64,000 nt of DNA from Thermoanaerobaculia bacterium (GTDB taxonomy: Bacteria > Acidobacteriota > Thermoanaerobaculia > Multivoradales > JAHEKO01). The first letter of the stretch is position 1, and each line of letters starts with the position of its first letter. The notes beneath the pieces are model-generated. The model was not told where the DNA came from. It was given only the letters and a program-made list of their open reading frames with translations, and did not search any database. Made by a program: the position numbers and the translations under genes. Shown here in pieces: positions 27,192 to 34,184 of the stretch. The DNA lies in contig CAMYNM010000015.1 of assembly GCA_947259725.1 (NCBI GenBank), positions 4,227 to 68,226 of the forward strand. The letters are read 5' to 3'.

Positions 27192-29033
27192 TTACCCGAG
27201 CCGACTAGCTTGCGCGTCGAGCTTCGTCGGCAGGTACATGAGAGGACTGTGCTTGCTCATCTCGGCCAGCAACTCCCTCCCGCACTCCAGACCCAGAGCG
27301 TCGTGCAACGCTTGGATGTGGACCTCGGAGCCCTCCGTGCATTGCTCCGACGGCTGCCAGTAGCGACAGTGCAGAAACCGCGGGTGCCCCACCGGAGCTT
27401 CCAGCGGGACATCCCGGACCCAGGCCCCGAACTGCCCCTTGACCGGGCCGCCCACCGGATCCTTGTGCAACCGGCTCGGGAAGTGGAGATTGGTCCACCG
27501 AGTGACCGCGAAGGGTGCCGCGTGGTGAAAGAAACTGAAACTCCTGTCCTTGCCCCCGAACCGGTCGTCGTACGGAGCGTCGAAGCAGACGAACCTGCGC
27601 TTTCCCTGTCTGACCGTTCGCTCTTCGCAGACCGGCGGACAGGTGGGGAACTCGCGATCCGTCTGTCTCTTCTTGAACTCCTCCGGGCTGCGCGCCATGA
27701 GAAACTCCGCCGCCGATAACGGGCTGCCAAGGGTCACGAGGTCCGTGATCAGCCACGGCTGGGAGTTGGCCCTGGCCATCTTCCAGGCCTCGTGCTGGAG
27801 CTTCTGGACCTTCTTGACGCCCGTCTTGTGCAAGCTTCGACCGATCTCGATTCCGGCCTTTCGAACTCTCGGCAAGCGCAAATGCCTGCGGTGCGCGCGA
27901 ATCCAGAAGTGCGTGATGACGTCGTAGGCGATGACGCTGCCAAGGCTGTGCCCGACGATCACGATGCGATCGAGGTCACCTCTCGTGTGCAACGCCTCGA
28001 GAAGATCGACGCCGGCCTCGCGAATGGCTTGCCGCTTCTCGATATTCGCGGGGCGGGGCGTAAGGTAACGCGCAGCATCGCCGAGGCTGCCGAGCACGAA
28101 CGACTTGCCGAGGAGTCGCCAAAGTGCGGTGGCTGCAAGCGCCACGATGCCACCGCTCACTAGATACGCGATCTGCGGCTGCCACCAGCCGACCGCTCTC
28201 GCGACCGCCAACGCCACGATTCCCAGGATCGCTCCCCAGGCGAGATACCAGGCGTCGACGAAGCGATCCGGCACCCGCCGCCGGAACAGAAGGTCGCGAA
28301 TCCAGGACACGACCTGGGTGAGGTTCGTGTCCTGGATTAGGTGGGCCCAGTAGAGCTCGTATACCTCGGTGCGCGGACGCAGCTGGCGGTCGCCCGCCTT
28401 GAGCGTCATCGAGCGCATCTCGAAGATCCGCGAGGCGCGGTCGGGCTTCAGCCAGCCCTCGGTTTTCAAGCTGCCGCTGACAAAGCTCTTGAGAGTCGCG
28501 CCGGGCTCTTGCTCGCCGATACCGTGAATGACCACGACGGCCTGCCTCGGATTCTCACGCCGCTTCTTGATCCGAGCGCAGAGATCTCTCAGCCTTTCAA
28601 GCGCCCGATGCCAAAACACCCGCGCGTCCTCGGACGGCGATCCATCGGTAGAATCTGCCGGCAGCCCGGTTTCCTCGACCTCGACCCGAGACCGCCCCTT
28701 GGGAAGCTCGCTGAGCCGGATCGCCAGCCGCGTCTGCGGCACACCGCTTCCCCACCAGGACGGGGGCGCCAGGAGACACTCGATCGAGGATTCAGCGGGC
28801 GCCACGGCGAACACCGTCCCACGACGCCAGTCGCCGGCTTCGTCGCAGAGACGGGCCCCGGAACCGGGAACGGGCAGCATGCACGATCCTGATCCGATCC
28901 ACAGCTGCTGAGCTTCGCAATCGACAACCAGCTGCCAGGCCTGTTCGGGCGACAGGCAGACATCGACGTGGTCGGTAATCGCCGACTCGCCAACCAGAGT
29001 CTGATCGAGAGGCTCACCCTGACGACTGGTCAC
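27192..29033 (-). CDS. SRPBCC-like N-terminal domain fused to a lipase-like alpha/beta hydrolase interrupted by TM helices
   Basis: N-terminus has an AHSA1/SRPBCC-like profile (SPEQAWQLVVD...RSRVEVEETG). AVVVIHGIGEQEPG, YELYWAHL, two hydrophobic helices (WYLAWGAILGIVALAVA and VSGGIVALAATALWRLLG), nucleophile elbow IVIVGHSLGSVIAYD, and LVTLGSPLS. GTG start lies 11 nt after the upstream stop. Confidence 0.65.
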   Translation of the reverse strand: MTSRQGEPLDQTLVGESAITDHVDVCLSPEQAWQLVVDCEAQQLWIGSGSCMLPVPGSGARLCDEAGDWRRGTVFAVAPAESSIECLLAPPSWWGSGVPQTRLAIRLSELPKGRSRVEVEETGLPADSTDGSPSEDARVFWHRALERLRDLCARIKKRRENPRQAVVVIHGIGEQEPGATLKSFVSGSLKTEGWLKPDRASRIFEMRSMTLKAGDRQLRPRTEVYELYWAHLIQDTNLTQVVSWIRDLLFRRRVPDRFVDAWYLAWGAILGIVALAVARAVGWWQPQIAYLVSGGIVALAATALWRLLGKSFVLGSLGDAARYLTPRPANIEKRQAIREAGVDLLEALHTRGDLDRIVIVGHSLGSVIAYDVITHFWIRAHRRHLRLPRVRKAGIEIGRSLHKTGVKKVQKLQHEAWKMARANSQPWLITDLVTLGSPLSAAEFLMARSPEEFKKRQTDREFPTCPPVCEERTVRQGKRRFVCFDAPYDDRFGGKDRSFSFFHHAAPFAVTRWTNLHFPSRLHKDPVGGPVKGQFGAWVRDVPLEAPVGHPRFLHCRYWQPSEQCTEGSEVHIQALHDALGLECGRELLAEMSKHSPLMYLPTKLDAQASRLG

Positions 29034-29044
29034 GTGTCTTCAGT

Positions 29045-29917
29045 CTACCCCGTTGGGCTTGGATTGAACCCACCAACCGGTTTCAATCTATCGTCGTCTT
29101 GGACCGCCAGGCTCCGCTCCTCGACCTCGTGGCTCGAGCCGACCTGCAGCAGCCGGCCCTCCCCGACGGCGTTCCAGCCGTTGCGCTTGGAGAGCGGCTC
29201 GGAGGCGACCAGAACCGACCGTTCGCCGGTATCCCCGTCAAAGACCCGCCAGTAGAGAGTCGGGCGAACGCCGTCGGTCAGAGCGAAGCGGGTGGCCACG
29301 AGCCGCACGCCGTCGGTCACACAAAAATTGAGCTCCACGGGCCGTGTGTCGTCCACCTCGCGGTGCCAACCGGCGATCCGCCGGACCGTCTCGTCCATCG
29401 CCTGGGAAAGCTGCGCCAGCGACACTTCGTCTTCGGGCGGCGCCCCAAGCTGGGTCAGAAAAAGCGTGAAGGCGAGCTCGCTGTCGGTCGTGCCCCGGAT
29501 CATGCCCATCAGGCCGTCGTCGGCGAGCAAGTTGACCTGGCGCGCGAGACGCACGCGGCCCGGTATGTCGCCATTGTGCATCCACAGGAGCCGCCCGCGC
29601 CGAAACGGGTGGCAATTCTCGCGCGACACGGGATCGTAGGAACGAGCCGCGCGAATGTGGACAACGATCGAAGGCGAGCGGATCTTGCCGGCGATCTCGC
29701 CCAGATTGTAGTTGTTCCAGACCGGGGTTACATCCTTGAACACGGCGGGCTCGGGGCTGATCTCCGGCGCGTACCAGCCGACGCCGAAGCCGTCCGCGTT
29801 GACCCGGGTCGGACTGAGGGTGGCATCGGTGGCCTGATGAACCAGGCTGTTGGCGGGCTTGTAGATCAGCTCGCTGAGCAGAAGCGGCGAGCCCAGGTAG
29901 GCAGCGTAGCGACACAT
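29045..29917 (-). CDS. Class II (Ntn-type) glutamine amidotransferase, YafJ/EgtC-like
   Basis: Begins MCRYAAYLG, with Cys2 as the Ntn nucleophile. Also VNADGFGVGWY, HIRAARSY...NCHPF and WMHNGDI. The track ORF start at 30382 is a false extension. Confidence 0.8.
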   Translation of the reverse strand: MCRYAAYLGSPLLLSELIYKPANSLVHQATDATLSPTRVNADGFGVGWYAPEISPEPAVFKDVTPVWNNYNLGEIAGKIRSPSIVVHIRAARSYDPVSRENCHPFRRGRLLWMHNGDIPGRVRLARQVNLLADDGLMGMIRGTTDSELAFTLFLTQLGAPPEDEVSLAQLSQAMDETVRRIAGWHREVDDTRPVELNFCVTDGVRLVATRFALTDGVRPTLYWRVFDGDTGERSVLVASEPLSKRNGWNAVGEGRLLQVGSSHEVEERSLAVQDDDRLKPVGGFNPSPTG

Positions 29918-30027
29918 TGGTCGAATCTCCCAGACGCACCGGCGCTCGACGCCGGAACGATTCGATCCAACCCTAGGATGGTTCCAAGGCCGCCGAAACC
30001 CCCTAACGGGTGGGCCTTTCGAGCCCG

Positions 30028-30555
30028 CTACTCGAGGCAGGCGGCGCGGATCTGCTCGTCGGTGAGCCCGGCCCGGGCCATGGCCGCCACCTGCTCCAGG
30101 GTGCAGGAGCCGTCCCGCAGATCGGTCTCGCCCGCCGCAGCGCCAGCGGATCCGACGGCCCGCTCGGGCTCTGGCTTCGGCGGCTCGTACGCCATCTTGA
30201 CGAGCTTGGCGCCAGCCTGCTGAATGTACTCCGGGTCCGAGTTCCGCTCGCAGCCGACTCTCTCGTCTCCATCCTCGAAGTAGAACTGAGCCCGAATGCT
30301 GGCATTCGCCGAATCGTCCGCCTGGCCGGTCTCGGATTCTTGCTCGAGGATCTTCATGTGGCTGAATCCCGCGGCGACGCACAGCGATGCGGTCTTGGTA
30401 TAGACGAGCTTCATCGCCTTGCCCCGCAGTCCGATGACCTTCACTCGGTGGCTCACGACAAAGACATCGTCGTCGAGCTGGGTGAAGGTAATGACGGCCA
30501 CCGCCGCCTGCGGCAGCAGAACCAGAACGAGCAACAGGGCGAAGATGTTTCTCAC
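30028..30555 (-). CDS. Secreted hypothetical protein
   Basis: Signal peptide MRNIFALLLVLVLLPQAAVA. AAGGAGA SD 7 nt upstream of the GTG start. A CTAGAAT box lies 35 nt upstream. No domain recognised. Confidence 0.5.
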   Translation of the reverse strand: MRNIFALLLVLVLLPQAAVAVITFTQLDDDVFVVSHRVKVIGLRGKAMKLVYTKTASLCVAAGFSHMKILEQESETGQADDSANASIRAQFYFEDGDERVGCERNSDPEYIQQAGAKLVKMAYEPPKPEPERAVGSAGAAAGETDLRDGSCTLEQVAAMARAGLTDEQIRAACLE

Positions 30556-30625
30556 AGGAGATCTCCTTCGGTCATCCGATCAACACCGACATTCTAGCGA
30601 ACCGTCGAGCCGAGCTCACTCTCCA

Positions 30626-30634
30626 CGCTAGAAT
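30626..30634 (+). promoter_or_regulatory. -10-like box CGCTAGAAT placed 6 nt before ATG 30641 (predicted leaderless mRNA)
   Basis: TAGAAT at 30629-30634, with no SD between the box and the ATG. It is the right arm of a 9-bp inverted repeat with ATTCTAGCG (30591-30599), which supplies the same box to the divergent gene. Confidence 0.45.
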
Positions 30635-30640
30635 TCCTCG

Positions 30641-31897
30641 ATGAAAGTCCGACTCGGTCTCGCCGCCGTCTGGATCGCCGCAGTCGCCGGAACCGCTTGC
30701 GATTCTCAAACGTCGACGTCCTATGGGCAGGCTCCGGGCGCTAGTGCCGGCAAGGTGCGCATCGCCCTCTTCAACATCCGCGAGCTGCGGACCGAAAAGA
30801 TCCTGGACGTGGACGTCGAGGGTCGCGGCCGGCACCCGCAGGCGCTCGCCGCCGCCCGGATCATTCGCCGAATCCGGCCCGACATCCTGGTCCTGAACGA
30901 GATCGACCATGACTACGGCGCCGACAGTTCGGATCTCGACCTCAACGCCCGCCGGTTTCGCGACGCCTATCTCGCCGGCGGTGACGACGGCCTCGACTTG
31001 CCCCACAGCTACGCCGCGGCGAACAACACCGGCATCCTCTCGGGTCTCGATCTCGACGGCGACGGCCGGGCCGCCACCGACACGGACCGCGGTGAGCGCG
31101 CCCACGGGAACGATTCCTGGGGCTACGGTTCCTATCCGGGCGAGTACTCGATGGCGGTGCTGTCGCGTTTTCCGATTCGAGCGGCCGAGGCCCGCACGTT
31201 CCAGAAGCTCCGGTGGCTCGAGCTGCCAGGAAACCACCTGCCCCGAGGGCATTTCGCGCCGGACGTCGAAGACGGCCTGCGGCTGTCGAGCAAGTCCCAC
31301 TGGGACCTGCCGATCGAGGTCGGCGGCGGCCTGCTGCATCTTTTCGTCAGCCACCCCACCCCGCAGGGGTTCGACGGTCCTGAGGACAAGAACGGCCGCC
31401 GCAACTTCGACGAGATCAAGCTCTGGGTCGAGTACCTGGACGCGGGCGAAGCGCTGGTGGACGATCGGGGCAGCACGGGCGGTTATGCCTCGCTGAGCCC
31501 ATTCGTCGTCATCGGAGATCTCAATGCCGCGCCGCTGAACCCGGAGCGAAGCGACGACGGACCGTTCCGCACCTCGGTCTACGACGGCATGGCCGCGATC
31601 GACCAGCTGCTGCGCCATCCCCGAATCCAGGATAGCGGCCCCTTCGCGGTGAGCTCGGGCGGCCTGGTCCACAACGCCGAGTTGCCCCGGACACCGGGCC
31701 CGCCCGCCTATCCGGAACGCTCGACTTCGGTCTTCGGAGACGGCGCGCGGATCGACTACATCCTGCCGAGCCGCGACCTCGAGATCCTCGCCGGCGGCGT
31801 CTTCTGGCCTACCGCCGAGGAGAATCCCGAGGAAGCGGGCTGGGCCGACGAGGCCTCCGATCACCGCCTGGTCTGGCTCGATCTCGGACTGGACTGA
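30641..31897 (+). CDS. Endonuclease/exonuclease/phosphatase (EEP) family lipoprotein
   Basis: Lipobox VAGTAC. EEP motifs VLNEIDHDY and SDHRLVWLDL. Confidence 0.85.
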   Translation: MKVRLGLAAVWIAAVAGTACDSQTSTSYGQAPGASAGKVRIALFNIRELRTEKILDVDVEGRGRHPQALAAARIIRRIRPDILVLNEIDHDYGADSSDLDLNARRFRDAYLAGGDDGLDLPHSYAAANNTGILSGLDLDGDGRAATDTDRGERAHGNDSWGYGSYPGEYSMAVLSRFPIRAAEARTFQKLRWLELPGNHLPRGHFAPDVEDGLRLSSKSHWDLPIEVGGGLLHLFVSHPTPQGFDGPEDKNGRRNFDEIKLWVEYLDAGEALVDDRGSTGGYASLSPFVVIGDLNAAPLNPERSDDGPFRTSVYDGMAAIDQLLRHPRIQDSGPFAVSSGGLVHNAELPRTPGPPAYPERSTSVFGDGARIDYILPSRDLEILAGGVFWPTAEENPEEAGWADEASDHRLVWLDLGLD

Positions 31898-31939
31898 AAC
31901 CGCTTGGGAAGAAGCGTCTCGCGGCCACTTCCGCCGCCG

Positions 31940-32155
31940 CTAGCTTTTCGAAAGTGCTCGGATGCCTTTGAGCACCAACAGCAGCCAGGGCGCCGCGTGG
32001 AGCAGCAGGTCGAACCAGTCGATCGGCCGGACCAGCCGGCCTTGGGCCAGCATCTGAAGCTTCTCAAAAAGATGCGGCGGCGCATAAGGCGCCAGCCCGA
32101 TGGTCAGGCAAAGAAGCACCAGCACCGACCAGGGCAGCGTATCCAGCCATCCCAT
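31940..32155 (-). CDS. Small two-TM membrane protein (a family often mislabelled 'RND transporter')
   Basis: MGWLDTLPWSVLVLLCLTIGLAPYAPPHLFEKLQMLAQGRLVRPIDWFDLLLHAAPWLLL matches a conserved small-protein family I recognise. It lies 9 nt after the upstream gene. Confidence 0.6.
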   Translation of the reverse strand: MGWLDTLPWSVLVLLCLTIGLAPYAPPHLFEKLQMLAQGRLVRPIDWFDLLLHAAPWLLLVLKGIRALSKS

Positions 32156-32164
32156 GACCGCAGC

Positions 32165-32641
32165 CTACCGTCCCGCGCCGGTCAGGGGCAGACCTCGGTA
32201 GTAGCGCGACAGTACGTAGACCCAGAGCGCCAGGACCCAATGAAAGTAGATCGGGATGGTGGCCGGCGACCAGGGCAGCTCCACCGGAGCCCAGACGGTC
32301 ACCACGTACCGCGCGAGCATCACCAGGAAATAGACGACGCTGAACCACTTCAAGCCGGCTCCGACGCGTCGGCGTCGGCCGGCGAAGCGGCCGTAGCCGG
32401 TCCACAGATGACGGACCGTCGCGGCCTGGTATGTCAGGATCGCGATCTGCGCCACGAGGAGAGCGGCGTACTGCAACAGCCCCGAGTCCCAGGCCTCCAT
32501 CGGCGGCAGCCACTCGACCCCGAGAAACGCAACGCTGAACTGGCCGGCGACCCGGCCGAAGAACGCAAGCGTCAAGATCGCCAGCACGATGGCGTAGGCT
32601 CGGGCCGGAGGCTGGGCCTCGAACCGATCTCTGGAGGTCAT
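32165..32641 (-). CDS. Integral membrane protein, function unknown
   Basis: Four predicted TM segments (AYAIVLAILTLAFF, YAALLVAQIAILTY, WFSVVYFLVMLARYV, IYFHWVLALWVYVL). The ATG at 32641 directly abuts the divergent ATG at 32642. An in-frame TTG at 32659 is an alternative start. Confidence 0.55.
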   Translation of the reverse strand: MTSRDRFEAQPPARAYAIVLAILTLAFFGRVAGQFSVAFLGVEWLPPMEAWDSGLLQYAALLVAQIAILTYQAATVRHLWTGYGRFAGRRRRVGAGLKWFSVVYFLVMLARYVVTVWAPVELPWSPATIPIYFHWVLALWVYVLSRYYRGLPLTGAGR

Positions 32642-33754
32642 ATGACGAAGTCTACTCAAATCGCGCCATGGCGCATTCTGGCGGGGGCAATGCTCCTCGC
32701 TGTGGCCGGCCCGAACGCGTCGAAGGCGACGCAGACGCAGGACGCTCCCCAGTTCGAGGAGCGGATGGACGTCACCGAGGTTCTGCTCGACGTCGTGGTC
32801 TCCGATCGGGACGGCAACCTGATCGCAGGGCTCGACAAGACCGATTTCATCATCACCGAGAATGGTCGCGAGATGGAGATCACCGGAGCGCAGTTCTACT
32901 CCACGCGCTACGGCGACTTCGGGTCCGGCACACCGACGACGGGCGAGATCCCCGCGAGTCGCTACTTCATATACTTCTTCGATGATCCGCGGACGATCGC
33001 AAACCGCTACAACCGGCTGATCCGGCAGCACCTCGACGCGACCCGGGACGCCAGAGACTGGATCGAAGAGGACATGATGCCTTCGGACTGGGTGGCCATA
33101 GCCGGCTACGGCCTGAAGCTCAAGATCTTTCAGGACTTCACCCAGGACCGCGAAGCTCTGCTTCTGGCGCTCGCCGACGCCTCACGGGGGATCGACCCGT
33201 CCAAGAGCGGCTGGACGCGGGAACCTGCCGCAGCGAGCGCCCCTTCGCTGCTTCGGCACCTCCCGGAGGGCCGCGAGCTCGGGCGCCGCACGCGTCGCAT
33301 CTACTCGGCAATGGAGCTTCTGGCGGACGCGACCGGCCACATCGTGGGTCGAAAGAGCCTCCTCTACTTCGGCATCGGCTTTGGAACCCTCGACGGGTCT
33401 GACGGCACCGCGAGACCGGATCGCCGCTACTATCGGGATCTCCAGCGCGCGCTCAACGACAACAACGTCGCGGTCTACCCGATCGATCTGACCGTCCAGG
33501 GAACCCGGCATGCGCAAAGCGGCTTCCTGAACACGCTGGCCTTCGACACCGGTGGCACCTATTTCCGCAACTTCGTTTCGTTCGTCACGCCGATGCGCGA
33601 GATCGCCGAGGAAAACGTCGCTTACTACCTCCTGAGCTACCGCTCGGCGCACCCGCGGGGCGAACGCGGTTACCAGAAGGTCAAGGTTGGGGTCCGCGCG
33701 CCGAATCTCAGCGTGCGAGCGGCCCGCGGCTACGGCTACGGCTACGACGAATAG
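32642..33754 (+). CDS. VWA-domain protein, acidobacterial TIGR03436 type (paralog of 20871-22535)
   Basis: GGAGG SD 4 nt upstream. Signal peptide MTKSTQIAPWRILAGAMLLAVAG. FEERMDVTEVLLDVVVSDRDGNLIAGLDKTDFIITENG followed by YFIYFFDD. The track start at 31904 is a false 246-aa extension. Confidence 0.8.
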   Translation: MTKSTQIAPWRILAGAMLLAVAGPNASKATQTQDAPQFEERMDVTEVLLDVVVSDRDGNLIAGLDKTDFIITENGREMEITGAQFYSTRYGDFGSGTPTTGEIPASRYFIYFFDDPRTIANRYNRLIRQHLDATRDARDWIEEDMMPSDWVAIAGYGLKLKIFQDFTQDREALLLALADASRGIDPSKSGWTREPAAASAPSLLRHLPEGRELGRRTRRIYSAMELLADATGHIVGRKSLLYFGIGFGTLDGSDGTARPDRRYYRDLQRALNDNNVAVYPIDLTVQGTRHAQSGFLNTLAFDTGGTYFRNFVSFVTPMREIAEENVAYYLLSYRSAHPRGERGYQKVKVGVRAPNLSVRAARGYGYGYDE

Positions 33755-34171
33755 GCGGGCGAAGTCGCCGGCCAACTCGGACCCCGCCCGGCATCTTCGG
33801 AGACCGGCCCGGCGCAGAGCGACTCCAGCGAATGGCGCCGCTGTGGATACTTGCCCCGATCCGCGAAGACCTCGCGAATCGTCCGCTCAGCAACGCTCGG
33901 TCGCGGAAGTCCACGGTAATACTCGAGCCGCGCCCGCACTCTAAGATCCTCGAAAACCCGGCAGTGGTGCTCGAGTCGGTTCCACACGAGCGACCCGCCG
34001 AGGCGGGTAAAGTGGTTGTTGTTGAAGCCCTCGTCGAAGGCCGGCGTTACGTAGTCGCGCAGGTCGATGTCACGGTCGAGCCACCAGGCGCCGTCTTGCT
34101 TTCGCAGATTCGCAGACTCCCCTTCGCACCGGTCTCGGGCAAAAGGTAACGACCGCCAGCCGAGGCGTCAT
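33742..34171 (-). pseudogene. Candidate frameshifted or start-less gene remnant
   Basis: A 142-codon open frame (34167-33742) with coding-like GC3 (…AWWLDRDIDLRDYVTPAFDEGFNNNHFTRLGGSLVWNRLEHHCRVFEDL…) has no ATG, GTG or TTG before 33987. An ATG at 34171, 11 nt after the DUF885 stop, is in another frame and terminates after 33 codons. Homopolymer runs (TTTT, GGGG) lie between the two. Confidence 0.3.
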
Positions 34172-34184
34172 CGCTCCGCCGAGG

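Noticed and set aside
31904-32641. Long N-terminal extensions in the ORF track (31904-32641, 38188-38847, 40236-40586, 41276-41791, 44502-45347, 29918-30382, 47779-47970).
   Set aside because: The extensions are low-complexity and overlap other genes. They are followed by an internal start that has an SD, signal peptide, lipobox or catalytic Cys2, so the internal starts were used instead.
34168-34170. TGA preceding the start-less 142-codon frame, considered as a second selenocysteine codon.
   Set aside because: Upstream of this TGA the same frame runs through the 3' end of the DUF885 gene in a different frame, so there is no plausible N-terminal part. A frameshift or relic is the simpler explanation.
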